Assembly: GCA_964016885.1 (NCBI GenBank) | Contig: OZ024759.1 | Location: 35,402,001 to 35,466,000, forward strand | Reading direction: 5' to 3' | Length of the DNA stretch: 64,000 nt | From: Eledone cirrhosa | Lineage: Eukaryota | Shown here: positions 50,890 to 64,000 of the stretch, piece by piece | Layout: every line of letters starts with the position of its first letter | Numbering within the stretch: position 1 is the first letter of the stretch | Notes under the pieces: model-generated | Told to the model about the DNA's origin: nothing | Database searches by the model: none | What the model saw: only the letters and a program-made list of their open reading frames with translations | Program-made: the position numbers and the translations under genes

Positions 50890-51870
50890 TGCCAACTTAA
50901 AGAATGCCACGGTACTAAAGTACCCAGATGACATCAAGCTGTACCTTGAGATAAAAAAGGACAGATCCTGAACACTATAGATCTTGCTTACAGTCTGACC
51001 TGGACACAATGCAACAATGGATCTCAGACTGGCAACTCAAGCTAGCTGTGGACAAGTGCACCACCATGCATTTTGGGAGTAAAAACCCAGCGTCCACATA
51101 CTCCCTCCACAGCACTAATATCAAGAAGTCTTCTTGTGAACGTGACCTGGGCATTACGGTCAGCAGCGATTTGCGTTGGACAAAGCACGTCTCTAAAATT
51201 GTCAAGAGGGCCGAGGGTGTCTTAGCATCACTCAGCAAGACCTTTGTCAGCCGCTCTCCAGCTATCTATTTAAGGCTGTACATGGCTATAGTGCAGCCAC
51301 ACTTAGAATTTGCATCACCAGTCTGGAACCCCTATCTTGCTCAGAATATTGACCTCCTGGAAACTGTTCAGAGACGTGCAACCAGGCATCTACCATACTC
51401 TGAATGCCTTGCTTCCCTAGGCATGGATACATTGAAGCTCCGACATCTGGCAACTGACTTGGTAGACACACACAAAATTGTTAACCATCTTGCCAACAAT
51501 AACCCTGAGTACCTTTTTGATTTCCATGTGTCTAACACATGTGGGTATGCCCACAAAGTCAGAAAACAGCACAGTTCCCATGACTTTCGGAAACATTTTT
51601 TCACGCTCAGAGTTGCTGAAGCATGGAACAAACTCCCTGCATCAGTTGTTAGCTGTCAAGACACTGCATCCTTTAAGGCCTCCATGCTTCCTGAGATTCA
51701 CCAACACAACACCTAATGTTCCCGCTCCATACACATACACACAAGTATTTCATGACTCATACACTATTCACTTCCCTGACATTTGTATATTATTCTATGT
51801 ACTATACATGCACCTTTGACGAGTTGTAGTGCACCTGAGCACTTTACACAATAATTTCATTATTATTATT
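50890..51870 (+). mobile_element. 5'-truncated CR1-type LINE (C-terminal RT/thumb region, decayed)
   Basis: Encodes KYPDDIKLY (YADD-like), DLQSDLDTMQQW-like segment, ERDLGITVSSDLRW, PHLEFASPVWNP and [10 protein letters not shown], followed by a 3' UTR and (ATT)n tail. Confidence 0.88.
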
Positions 51871-52217
51871 ATATATACTATATATGTATATATATAAATA
51901 TATACATATATAGAACAGGACAAAACCCCTGGGATTTACACTTAGAAAGTTCCTCTCCAAGGCACAAGTCTGGGCAAGGTTGTTCTTGTGGAAGACCAGC
52001 AGTGACCCATGTATACCAGTCTCTCCTCTCCATGCCACCGATGTTGTCCAAGGGAGAGATAATGGCTGATACAGCTTGGCACCAGTGACATTGCAACTCA
52101 TTTCTACAATGAACTGGAGCAATGTGAAATAAAGTGTCTTGCTGAAGGATACAACATATCAACCAGTCTGAGAATCAAAGTCCAATGCTCTAACCACTAA
52201 GCCATGCGCCTTCACAC

Positions 52218-52256
<39 letters not shown>

Positions 52257-52599
52257 TTGAAACAGCGAGCGAGTTTGGAATTAGAAATATAAGCTTTCAC
52301 CGTATTTTTGACTAAAGAAATTTTTTAGCCTGATAGTGGGGTTTAGAACCCTCAGAGAAATGGAAAAAGATATATATATATACTCTTTTACTGTTACCTG
52401 TTCCAGCCATCCGGCTGAGGCCATGCTAGGGCACCATGAAAAATTTGGGATCCCAACGGCCGAGCTCCTGCCGTTTCAACAGCTAGATCAGAACTCTACT
52501 ACCCCAAGTATCGAGTAATTATTAGTTAGGTTCTAAGGAGAATTCCGCAAATAACTGGAACCGCGAGCGCTGTGGGGACACTGTACACACAGACACATA

Positions 52600-52830
52600 T
52601 GTCTAGGGCAGGTAAAATTCCCGAGATCCATGGACGAGTTCTCTCCAGTGGTCTCTGTCCCTCATTATCGCTGCCATGTCCTGCGTCTCCAACAGACCAG
52701 TGTCTGTCCTTAGGACATCAACATATGTTAACCTTGGTCTTCCATTTCCAGTGTGTCGATGTAGGGGCTCCCACAGGAGCAGTGAGTGCAGTGTCAACTC
52801 TGGATGCCAGTGAGCATGTCCAGCTATATA
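52600..52830 (-). mobile_element. RTE-clade LINE 3' fragment
   Basis: Encodes AGHAHWHPE..LLLWEP..GRPRLTYVDVLRTDTG..MRDRDHWR. Confidence 0.7.
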
Positions 52831-54065
52831 TAATACTGTAAGGAGAGACAAGCACTGTTATATAGTTATATGTGTTCAAATCACAAAGGACAGAGACCTC
52901 AGGGTAAAGAAAATATTGACTAAAATAATATGGTTCACAGAACCCAAGCGAAAGAATAAATTGAGTAAAACAAACCTACCATGATAACTATAATGTTCCC
53001 AGATAGTTTAGGGGTAGAATTGTTTCACAAAATTCAGTGAGGAGAATTATTGGGGTGGTGCTTCTCAACTGGTACTCACATCAAAATTCACTTCACTATT
53101 ATGTTTGGTAGAAGACTAAATATGTGCAATTAAAGAGAGAGCACATTGCGAGTTTTTAACTCAATATATAATTTTGATCATCATCATCATTTTACGTCTG
53201 CCTTTCCTTGCTTGCAAGGGTGGGACGGGTCCTATTCAGCGCAGCATCTCTCCACTTGTCACGATCCTTTGTCATCTCCTCTGTGAGCTTCAGTGATCTG
53301 AGGTCTGCTCTCACCACCTCCGCCCATGTTTTTGATATATACACGGACGTTAAACGATGATGATGATGATGATATATGTTCCGAAGAGATTGTTTTGGTA
53401 AAAACAGGAGCAAGCAGGTGAAAGCTCTCAACATTCGTAGTTTGTAGTTACGGTGGAGATTCAGTATAATGTCTGTCGAGTGCACAAACAGAAGGACGTG
53501 TTTTCCCTGCCGGCGGGATATCACAAAATCCAAAGACACCGTTCTCATAACAACAACAAATGCATGGATTACATCTTGATTGCATAGAAGAACCGTTGAA
53601 ATAATTATAATGAATAAACGATTTATGTAACATCAGCATCTTTCTTAATAATAATGAAAATATTGTGTACAGTGCTCAGGTGCACTACAACTCATCAAAA
53701 GTGTATGTATAGTACATAGAATAATGTACAAATGTCAGGAAAATGGACAGTGCATGAGTCATGATATACACATGTGTGCATGTGTATGGAAGGGGTACAT
53801 CAGGTGTAGTTTTGGCGAATTTCGGGAAGCATGAGGGTTTTAAAGGATGCAATGTTATATATATATAATAGGAGGTGGACGCCATGCTTTGCAGCATAGA
53901 GTTACATTCCTTTGTGGTTTGAGTTCAAATCCTGCTGAGGTTAACTTTGCCTTTCATCCTTACAGGGTTGATAAAATAAAGTACCAGTAATACACTGGAG
54001 TAATTTCTAGCCTTGTACCAAAAGTAGAAAACAATTATATATATATATATGTGTGTGTCTGTATC

Positions 54066-54096
<31 letters not shown>

Positions 54097-54422
54097 ACCC
54101 TGGGTTCAATTGAGGGTAACCACACTAAGTAAAGTACTCAATACAGAGCAGAGTATAAATATTTAATATAGAAAAGGCTTCTACAGGACTAGAACTGTTT
54201 CATTCAGTAGAAGTCTGTCTATATATATATTTAATATAGAAATGGCTTCTACAGGACTAGAACTGTTTCATTCAGTAGAAGTCTGTCTATATATCTATTT
54301 AATATAGAAATGGCTTCTACAGGACTAGAACTGTTTCATCTGAATGAAACAGTTCTAGCTCTGTAGAAGCCATTTTTATATTAAACACGTGTGTGTGTGT
54401 GTGTGTGGAGAGAGAGAGAGAA

Positions 54423-54455
<33 letters not shown>

Positions 54456-55884
54456 AGAGAGAAAGAGAGAAAGAGAGAGAGAGAGAGAGAGCTCACAAAC
54501 TGGCTTGTGCTGATTTTGGTTATATTAGCTTTTATGTAAATCATTTCACACTGTTGTCCAATTATTGGAGTGGGAATATGTGAGAGGAGGGGGATGAGGA
54601 AGGGGAGAGAGTCATGTGACTGGTGGGAGGAAATTAATTTATTTTATTGCAGTTCATTCTAGAAACATCTAATGTTGTTGTTGGTGATGGTGGTGGTGGT
54701 GGTGGTGAGCTGGGGTAATGGTGGTGGTGGTGGTGGTGATGGTGGTGGTGAGCTGGGGTAATGGTGGTGGTGGTGGTGAGCTGGGGTAATGATGGTGGTG
54801 GTGGTGGCGGTGAGCTGGGGTAATGATGGTGGTGGTGGTGATGGTGGTGATAGTGGTGGTGATGATGGTGGTGGTGGTGATAGTGGTGGTGATGATGGTG
54901 GTGGTGATGGTGGTGGTGAGCTGGGGTAATGATGGTGGTGGTGTGGTGGTGATGGTGGTGGTGTGGTGGTGATAGTGAGCTGTGGTAATGATGCTGATGG
55001 TGGTGGTGGTGGTGATAGTGATGGTGATGATGATGGAGGTGGTGGTGGTGGTGGTGGTGATGATGATGGAGGTGGTGGTGGTGATGATGACCAAACTGCT
55101 GCTAGAAGGCTGTCATAGTTAATTAAGATTTTATCTCAGAACATATCAAATTCTATTTCTTGTTCATAATTTCTTTGGGAATAAATATTGCGTGTCTGTA
55201 TATATATACATATATATGTGTGTATATATGTGTGTGTGTATATATATATATACATATATATATGTGTGTGTATATATATATATATATGTACATATATATA
55301 TATATATATGTGTGTGTGTGTCTGTATATATATACATATATATGTGTGTGTATATATATATGTATATATACAATGTGTGTGTGTGTATATATATATCATC
55401 ATCATCACTGTTTTATGTCCGTTCTTTCACGCTAGCATGGGTTAGACAGTTGTGGGCAGTGTCCGGTCGGCTGACCTTGTCTTGCTCATACAGGAACTGA
55501 TTCTGGCTTGATTTCTACAGCTGGATGCCCTTCCTAACACCAACTTCATTTACAGTGAGTGCTGGGTGCTTTTTTGCCGTGGGAGCATATTGTATATATG
55601 CTTCAGCTTGTACCAGTAGGGGTTGGGTCTTCTGTATTACTGCGTGACGCCAGAGGTCAATGTCGTGTATGGCTGCAAACTCGTGTTCAAGCATTGCTAT
55701 CGCTCGATAAAATAGTAAAATATGTGGCTCTTTAAACCAGCCAAAGACTTGCACCCTCTGGCACATACATGGCAACTGTAGGCTCCTCTAAGACTTTCCA
55801 TTGCTTTGTTCTGGCTGTGTGTTCTCATGTGTCTTTTTATATATTATATAACAGGTAAACAGAAATGGCAAAAAGAGAGTCAAA

Positions 55885-56778
55885 GGCTTTACCTCACATA
55901 ATATCGAATCTATGAGATTTTGATATTATTTATTTTAAGAACAATACCTCAACATCAGTATGAGTAGTCAGTTACAGCCAGCTTGAACAGAAAGAGGCGA
56001 GACAATTCTGGCAAGATACAACCGGTTTAAACAGAAAGAAGTGGAAGAATTCTGGCTGGTTACAGCTGGTTTAAATGGAAAGAGGTGAGAGAATTCTGGC
56101 TGGTTGTGGTCAATTTGAACAGAAAGAGGTGAGAGAATTCTGGCTGGTTGTGGTCAATTTGAACAGAAAGAGGTGAGAGAATTCTGGCTGGTTGTGGTCA
56201 ATTTGAACAGAAAGAGGTGAGAGAATTCTGGCTGGTTGTGGTCAATTTGAACAGAAAGAGGTGAGAGAATTCTGGCTGGTTGTGGTCAATTTGAACAAAA
56301 AGAGGTGAAAGAATTCTGGCTGGTTGTGGTCAATTTGAACAGAATGAGGTGAGAGAATTCTGGCTGGTTGTGGTCAATTTGAACAGAAAGAGGTGAGAGA
56401 ATTCTGGCTGGTTGTGGTCAATTTGAACAGAATGAGGTGAGAGAATTCTGGCTGGTTGTGGTCAATTTGAACAGAAAGAGGTGAGAGAATTCTGGCTGGT
56501 TGTGGTCAATTTGAACAAAAAGAGGTGAAAGAATTCTGGCTGGTTGTGGTCAATTTGAACAGAATGAGGTGAGAGAATTCTGGCTGGTTGTGGTCAATTT
56601 GAACAGAAAGAGGTGAGAGAATTCTGGCTGGTTGTGGTCAATTTGAACAGAATGAGGTGAGAGAATTCTGGCTGGTTGTGGTCAATTTGAACAGAATGAG
56701 GTGAGAGAATTCTGGCTGGTTGTGGTCAATTTGAACAGAAAGAGGTGAGAGAATTCTGGCTGGTTTAAATGCTAAAGG
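55885..56778. mobile_element. Copy of the piggyBac-type MITE with an internal 44-bp array (about 15 copies)
   Basis: Flanks match 44941-45097. Unit gaacagaaagaggtgagagaattctggctggttgtggtcaattt. Confidence 0.75.
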
Positions 56779-56829
56779 TGTAGTTTCTGATGATTTGATA
56801 TCAAATGGAATAAATAAAACAAAAGAAAC

Positions 56830-56995
56830 TTTGGTGAGTTTTATTATTTTTATTTTCAATAATAATTCTGTTCCATGTTTAGAGTTTTGGCATCTTTACT
56901 GTTAGGAATTCACAGCTTTTGTTGGTATCTTATTTTCAGAAAATTCACAATTCTGGTTGAGTTCTTCTCATTCAATTTAGGATTTTTTTTTCTTT
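56830..56995 (-). other. Probable terminal exon of gene B (completes the stop codon, 3' UTR, poly(A) signals)
   Basis: Minus-strand acceptor ttatttcacag|AA. AATAAA at 56849-56854 and 56840-56845, followed by a T/GT-rich tract. An alternative acceptor with the exon starting at 57058 gives the same TAA. Confidence 0.5.
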
Positions 56996-57773
56996 CTGTG
57001 AAATAATTATTTCAAGATATAACAATTCTTCAACATTTGTCATTTTATTATTAAATTTCTAAAGACATACACTCCCAATTTATCTTTAATTAATTTTGAA
57101 AATAATAAAAAATGTGGAAGAATTTAGTAAAATAACTTTTTTATTAATAAGCTGACATTCAGAACATTTAAAAATAAAAGAAGAGTTTTATATAACATTT
57201 TGATGGAGGGTTTTAATATATCGTCGTGGTCATCATCATTTAATGTCCATCTTCCACATTAGGATGGGTTATATATATATGCAAGCGTGGAACACGGACG
57301 TTAAACGTTGATGATGATATGGTGGCTGCCAACTCGTTTTCGTGTACGGCCACTACTTTATATCCATGTAGGAGAACCCCTACTGATGCGCTGAACGAGT
57401 GTGACTTTTTAGTTCAGCCAGCGACTTGAAAACTCTGGTACAAACACTACACTTGTGACAATTATTGACACATAGTGCTGGGCCCATGGTACCATGTGAC
57501 GACAAGTGCAGAGAGATCTCCAGATATAAAGCAATGCCTATGCCGTGAAGCTTTTATAGTGAGCAAAGGCACTGCACAAAGCCAGTCCCACTCTCTTAAC
57601 CAAGATGATATTTACCAAAAAGAAGAACAAGTCAACATCATTAGATACCATCAGGGTTGCAGGTGTTATATCAGAGTTTTCCTTCTCCTAGAATTCTGCC
57701 TTGACAAAGGCTAAGGGGTCATCTCTCCCGGTGATTTTGGATGGCCATTGACTCTTAAGAGCTCCTTTGCGCT

Positions 57774-57819
<46 letters not shown>

Positions 57820-58150
57820 CAGGCAGCGAATTGGCAGAGCCGTTATAACATCAGATAGAATGTTTCATGGTATTTGTTCCAGCTCTCTGTACTCTCAGTT
57901 CAAATCCCAACAAGGTCAACTTTGCTTTTCATCCTTTCGAGGTCGATAAAATAAGTACCAGTCTAGTACTGGGGTTGATTCTTCTTCTCTATCTCTTTCT
58001 TATATCCTCTCACTAACCCTCTCTGGAAGAAATCTGTTGCAGTCAGCCCTGGGGAGGGATGAGCCCCACCAAGAAACACTGTATGTCAATACAGTGCCCC
58101 TACGGCTCTATCAACAGTTATAGGACTATAGGACCATATGCACATACATA

Positions 58151-58184
<34 letters not shown>

Positions 58185-58627
58185 ATCATCATCATCATCG
58201 TTTAACGTCCATCTTCCACCTAGCATGGGTTTAGTCGGCAGTTGTCCCACTTGAGGCAACATTGGTTGTCTTGCTCGTATAGGACTGTCTGGCGGGTTTT
58301 CTACGGCTGGATGCCCTTCCTAACACCAACCACATTTACATGTGTATATATATATACATATATTTGTAGTAAGGTTGCTTGGATGCGTCCATAGGCGGTG
58401 TGCCGGTTGAGCACTCTATGCTCTTACAGAGCAGAGTATAATATGGAAAACGAAGAATCAGTGATACATTGGATCACGATTTATTGGTATACATGTCATA
58501 ACTCTATATCACAATATTTAAGATATTTTCTTGCCAATCTTAGGTACATGTCATAACTCTATATCACAATATATATATATTGTGATATAGAGTTATGACA
58601 TGTATATACATGTATATATATATATAT

Positions 58628-58658
<31 letters not shown>

Positions 58659-60959
58659 CATACATACACAGTGGAACCTAGGTTAATGAACCTAATTCAT
58701 TCCTAAAGGTCATTCATCACCCAAAATATTTACTTACAACTGAGTAAATTCATTTTGTTATTAAATTGTAAAATACAAGTAAAAACTCACAGGAGGGTAA
58801 CTCCACACAACATACACCACCTTTACAAGGAGTGTGATACAGAGCTATCCACCCTGAATTACACCTGGGTAAACAGGCAGTTTTTACATCGGGTACAGCA
58901 CAAACATCTGCAGAGAAAGAAAATAGCAATCTTAACTATCCATGTCACAATATTTAAGATATTTCCTTGGCAGTCTTAGGTACATGTCACAACTTTGAAG
59001 TTATAAACTGTTGGAAACAAGTTCAAGCATGTTAGGACAAGTTATCAGGTCTACAACACTGTGAGGGGTTAATGTCATGTTAGGACAAGTTATCAGGTCT
59101 ACAACACTGTGAGGGGTTAATGTCATGTTAGGACAAGTTATCAGGTCTACAGCACTGTGAGGGGTTAATGTCATGTTAGGACAAGTTATCTGGTCTACAG
59201 CACTGTGAGGGGTTAATGTCATGTTAGGACAAGTTATCTGGTCTACAGCACTGTGAGGGGTTAATGTCATGTTAGGACAAGTTATCAGGTCTACAACACT
59301 GTGAGGGGTTAATGTCATGTTAGGACAAGTTATCAGGTCTACAACACTGTGAGGGGTTAATGTCATGTTAGGACAAGTTATCTGGTCTACAACACTGTGA
59401 GGGGTTAATGTCATGTTAGGACAAGTTATCAGGTCTACAGCACTGTGAGGGGTTAATGTCATGTTAGGATAAGTTATCAGGTCTACAACACTGTGAGGGG
59501 TTAATGTCATGTTAAGACAAGTTATCTGGTCTACAACACTGTGAGGGGTTAATGTCATGTTAGGACAAGTTATCAGGTCTACAACACTGTGAGGGGTTAA
59601 TGTCATGTTAGGACAAGTTATCAGGTCTACAACACTGTGAGGGGTTAATGTCATGTTAGGACAAGTTATCAGGTCTACAACACTGTGAGGGGTTAATGTC
59701 ATGTTAGGACAAGTTATCAGGTCTACAACACTGTGAGGGGTTAATGTCATGTTAGGACAAGTTATCTGGTCTACAACACTGTGAGGGGTTAATGTCATGT
59801 TAGGACAAGTTATCTGGTCTACAGCACTGTGAGGGGTTAATGTCATGTTAGGACAAGTTATCAGGTCTACAGCACTGTGAGGGGTTAATGTCATGTTAGG
59901 ACAAGTTATCAGGTCTACAGCACTGTGAGGGGTTAATGTCATGTTAGGACAAGTTATCAGGTCTACAGCACTGTGAGGGGTTAATGTCATGTTAGGACAA
60001 GTTATCAGGTCTACAGCACTGTGAGGGGTTAATGTCATGTTAGGACAAGTTATCTGGTCTACAACACTGTGAGGGGTTAATGTCATGTTAGGACAAGTTA
60101 TCTGGTCTACAACACTGAGGGGTTAATGTCATGTTAAGACAAGTTATCAGGTCTACAACACTGTGAGGTGTTAATGTCATGTTAGGACAAGTTATCAGGT
60201 CTACAACACTGTGAGGGGTTAATGTCATGTTAGGACAAGTTATCAGGTCTACAGCACTGTGAGGGGTTAATGTCAATAATGTTACAATGGAACAGACCCC
60301 TTACCTATGATGGGTTTGATGCAATAAAATGTTCCTTTAGTGTAGCAAAGAGAGAAATTACCACATGGTAAGATGCTGGAACAATCAAACTTACTTGACA
60401 GGCATTCCTCACCTGAGAGAAAGGTAAAAACAGAAGATTAATAACAACAACAACAATAAAAATGATGATGATGACAACGATGAATAAAGAAATAAAGTAT
60501 TTAAATAACATTATAGTGTATATATGTGTGTGTGAGTGGATGTATACATGTGCACATATATATATATATATGTCGAGCTGCGAATTATTGAGTCGGGTCA
60601 GATCGATACAGATCGAACCTTGAGCTGATCAGTGGCGAAACACGTGTCACCTACCAATAAATCATCCTTGTTATCCTTTCAATATATTACACTCCGTATA
60701 GCTCTACACCTCATCACAGAAGTGAACTTAAACATCGAGTGCTCTCCCGGGTGAACCTGGAGTAACTCCAAGTTACACTAGAGAGAGAGAGAGAGAGGAT
60801 AATACCAGTTTTAAATTACTAACACCATTATCCAGCAAAGTACTCAATACTTGTGATAGTAGAGTGTAAATATAGTGGAGAGTTAGGGCCCAACAGCTGA
60901 GCTCTTGCCAATTCAACATATATATATGTCATTCAAAAGAAATCATTAGGAAGGCTTTC

Positions 60960-61012
<53 letters not shown>

Positions 61013-62085
61013 CTATATATCTATACATATATATATATCATCATTCATCATCATCATTTCATTTTACGTCCACTTTTCCCTGCTTGCAAGGGTGGGACGG
61101 GAACTGATTCTGGCTTGATTTCTACGGCTGGATGCCCTTCCTAACACCAACCTCATTTACAGTGAGTGCTGGGTGCTATTTTGCCGTGGCACCTCCACGA
61201 CCACTTTGTAGTGGAATGATAGGGACCCAAGTCCCTATCATCTCATTTCTACAGCTGAGTAAACTGGAGCAATGTGAAATAAAGTGTCTTGCTCAAGGAA
61301 ACAACACATATATATATATGAGACACTGTAAAGTGGACGTGTAAAAGGCAAAAGACACAGCAAAAAGCACCCAGCACACACTGTCAATGAGATTGGTGTC
61401 AGGAATGGCATCCAGCCATAGAAAACCAGCCAGAAACACCCCTATATGAGTGAGACATGGTCACCTGACCTAACTTGCCTCTAAATGGGACAAACCCGTC
61501 TAACCCATGCTAGCGTGGAAGACAGACGTTAACCGATGATGACGATATATATGTGAGATCCGGGTTCAATCGGAGGTAACCACAGTTATATATATATATA
61601 TATATATATTACAAAGAAGGTGTGGTAAGATACCAGGTGGACCATAATGCATCACAGTACTCAATACTTAGGGTAGTAGTGTGGGTAATAGGAATCTAGC
61701 TGTTGAAACGGCCAGAGCTCAGCCATCAGGGTCCTCACTTTTTTCCCATACATATATGTGCCAAGAAATGCCAGTGGAAGGAAGACACAGTAGAGGAAGA
61801 CCACGAAAAACATGGGCGGAGGTGGTGAGAGCAGACCTCAGATTGCTGAAGCTCATGCAGGAGATGACGAAGGACCATGACAAGTGGAGAGATGCTGTGC
61901 TGAATAGGACCCGTCCCAGCCTTGCAAGCAGGGAAAGTGGGCATAAAATGATGATGATGATGATGATATGTGTATGTGTGTATGTAAAATTAAAAAAATG
62001 GTATCTTACATTCTGCCTGACTTTGGACACAAAGGGCAAAGATCAAAGTCAGCAACAACGAAAGAAATATTTTCCTTCCAAACAT
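56994..62085 (-). CDS. Secreted cysteine-rich protein B (paralogue of A), spliced: complement(join(56994..56995,58791..58907,60305..60412,62010..62085)), 100 aa
   Basis: Translates as MFGRKIFLSLLLTLIFALCVQSQAE-CEECLSSKFDCSSILPCGNFSLCYTKGTFYCIKPII-DVCAVPDVKTACLPRCNSGWIALYHTPCKGGVCCVELPS. Introns are GT-AG and phase 1. The last exon, which completes the stop T|AA, is less certain. Confidence 0.85.
57820..57980 (+). mobile_element. SINE of a second family
   Basis: Core gtcaactttgc(c/t)tttcatcctt..gggtcgataaaataagtaccagt recurs near 18311, 35371 and 53938, and inverted at 14965-15060. Confidence 0.65.
58791..58907 (-). CDS. Gene B exon 3, beta-defensin-like module
   Basis: ttctttctctgcag acceptor and GTGAGT donor. 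Cys spacing C-x8-C-x3-C-x11-C-x4-CC. Confidence 0.87.
59028..60275. repeat. 48-bp minisatellite (about 26 copies) in gene B intron 2
   Basis: Unit gttaggacaagttatcaggtctacaacactgtgaggggttaatgtcat. Confidence 0.95.
60305..60412 (-). CDS. Gene B exon 2, 6-Cys module
   Basis: ctttctctcag acceptor and GTAAGG donor. Aligns with gene A exon 2 (CxxCLxSxxDC...LCYxxGxFxCIxP). Confidence 0.88.
   Translation of the reverse strand: MRNACQVSLIVPASYHVVISLFATLKEHFIASNPS
61765..61967 (+). mobile_element. RTE-type LINE 3' end with (ATG)n tail
   Basis: Encodes VEGRHSRGRPRKTWAEVVRADL..EMTKDHDKWR. An inverted partial copy lies at 53177-53333. Confidence 0.7.
62010..62085 (-). CDS. Gene B exon 1, signal peptide
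   Basis: 76 nt, as in gene A exon 1. Hydrophobic core with a VQS/QA cleavage region, donor GTAAGA. Confidence 0.85.
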
Positions 62086-62207
62086 AATTCACCAATTCTT
62101 TTCTTTGTCTTAGAATAACAATATTTCAACAACTCTTGTCTGTGTGTCTTCCAACTGAAATATTCTTCGGTTTTCTTACATCTAATCAACTAAATACAGC
62201 CGAGAGC

Positions 62208-62215
62208 CTTTTATA
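62208..62215 (-). promoter_or_regulatory. TATA box of gene B
   Basis: TATAAAAG on the minus strand, 130 nt upstream of the ATG (120 nt in gene A). Confidence 0.65.
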
Positions 62216-62597
62216 AAGTTTATCTTATATCATACTTTACTTCAGATCAATGCTGGATAGTATTGGCTGTGTGTTTAGGAGATTAACTGTATATATGTGT
62301 ATGAGAGAGAGAGTGTGTGTGTATCTGTATATATGTGTATGAGAGAGTGTGTGTGTGAGTGTGTGTATGGTGTGGTGTACATATGTATATATATGTGCAT
62401 GTTTGTAAAATTGGTTGTGTATATATATGTATGTGTAGTAGTACTGGCAGCAGTATTAGTAGTGGTGGTACTGGTGGTAGTAGTAGTAGCAGCAGCAACA
62501 AACATCTGTGTTGTTGAGAAACAAATCTCCTGTGTTTACAGAAGATACAAAAGTTCAATTATATAAAATACACATTTTAACATTTACTTAACAGTAT

Positions 62598-63642
62598 TGG
62601 TGGTGGTATGGTGGTAGTGGTGGTGGTGTGGTGGTAGTGGTGTGGTGGTGTAGTGGTGGTGGTGGTAGTGGTGTGGTGGTAGTGGTGTGGTAGTGGTGTG
62701 CTGGTGGTGGTAGTGGTGTGCTGGTGGTGGTAGTGTGGAGGTGGTGGTGGAGGTGGTGGTGGTACTAGTAGTGTGGTAGTGGTAGTAGAGGTGGTGGTGG
62801 TGGTGGTACTAGTGTGGTAGTGTGTTGGTGGTAGTAGAGGTGGTGGTGGTGGTGGTACTAGTAGTGTGGTAGTGTGTTGGTGGTGGTAGTAGAGGTGGTG
62901 GTGGTACTAGTAGTGTGGTAGTGGTGGTAGTAGAGGTGGTGGTGGTACTAGTAGTGTGGTAGTGTGCTGGTGGTGATAGTAGAGGTGGTGGTGGTGGTAC
63001 TAGTAGTGTGGTAGTGTGCTGGTGGTGGTACTAGTAGTGTGGTAGTGGTGGTAGTAGAGGTGGTGGTGGTACTAGTAGTGTGGTAGTGTGCTGGTGGTGG
63101 TAGTAGAGGTGGTGGTGGTACTAGTAGTGTGGTAGTGTGCTGGTGGTGGTAGTAGAGGTGGTGGTGGTACTAGTAGTGTGGTAGTGTGCTGGTGGTGGTA
63201 GTAGAGGTGGTGGTGGTACTAGTAGTGTGGTAGTGTGCTGGTGGTGGTAGTAGAGGTGGTGGTGGTACTAGTAGTGTGGTAGTGGTGGTAGTAGAGGTGG
63301 TGGTGGTACTAGTAGTGTGGTAGTGTGCTGGTGGTGGTAGTAGAGGTGGTGGTGGTACTAGTAGTGTGGTAGTGTGCTGGTGGTGGTAGTAGAGGTGGTG
63401 GTGGTACTAGTAGTGTGGTAGTGTGCTGGTGGTGGTAGTAGAGGTGGTGGTGGTACTAGTAGTGTGGTAGTGTGCTGGTGGTGGTAGTAGAGGTGGTGGT
63501 GGTACTAGTAGTGTGGTAGTGTGCTGGTGGTGGTAGTAGAGGTGGTGGTGGTACTAGTAGTGTGGTAGTGTGCTGGTGGTGGTAGTAGAGGTGGTGGTGG
63601 TACTAGTAGTGTGGTAGTGTGCTGGTGGTGGTAGTAGAGGTG
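62598..63642. repeat. GGT/TAG-rich minisatellite of about 49 bp
   Basis: Unit tagtagtgtggtagtgtgctggtggtggtagtagaggtggtggtggtac. Confidence 0.9.
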
Positions 63643-63925
63643 TACAAATAGGGACACTATAGCTAATTATAAATATAATTAAACAGGTGTTAAGTTTCTC
63701 TTCATAGATATCCACACAAAAATAAGTTGTACCTGTAACTCAAAGGACGAGCGTTATCATAGTGTCATGCTGAATCTCCCTGAGAACTAATATAAGGAAG
63801 GTTACATGCATATCTATGGAATACTCAGCCACTTGCATGTTAATTTCATGAGCAGGCTGTTGTGTTGTAACTTGAACAATTGTTGTAACCGACGGAGTGC
63901 CACACACATATATATATATATAAAT

Positions 63926-63964
<39 letters not shown>

Positions 63965-64000
63965 CACATATATATATATATATATATATAAATACACATA

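Noticed and set aside
53448-53639. Minus-strand ORF containing CYENGVF, resembling CYQNGVF of the 6-Cys module
   Set aside because: The Cys spacing does not match, there are no convincing phase-1 splice sites and no signal-peptide exon. It is probably chance or decayed repeat sequence.
55590-55805. C2H2-like YSCHVCARGCKSLAGLKSH on the minus strand
   Set aside because: It resembles the terminal zinc finger of RTE-type LINEs, is isolated, and is not a host gene exon.
59001-60276. 361-aa repetitive ORF on the gene B strand
   Set aside because: It is a 48-bp intronic array lying between well-defined donor and acceptor sites.

Overview
This is repeat-dense animal genomic DNA, probably from an octopod cephalopod (inferred from the SINE/LINE types and microsatellite load). 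Three spliced genes were assembled by hand from GT/AG sites with consistent phases. (1) A synaptotagmin-12-like gene (+, 8 coding exons, 7337-27751, 410 aa). (2) A secreted cysteine-rich protein gene (+, 40246-47051, 200 aa): signal peptide, two copies of an unrecognised 6-Cys module, a Thr/Pro mucin-like linker and a beta-defensin-like CC module. (3) A convergent paralogue missed by the ORF track (-, 62085 to about 56994, 100 aa): signal peptide, one 6-Cys module and a beta-defensin-like module. Genes 2 and 3 share a TATAAAAG box, a 76-nt first coding exon and all-phase-1 introns. The window also holds about ten type I hammerhead-ribozyme motifs of several sequence families, often in fold-back arrangements typical of Penelope-like elements. 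CR1- and RTE-type LINE fragments, SINEs, MITEs and many minisatellites are present, and several minisatellites visibly grew out of transposon segments. Nearly all long ORFs in the supplied track are repeat artefacts.
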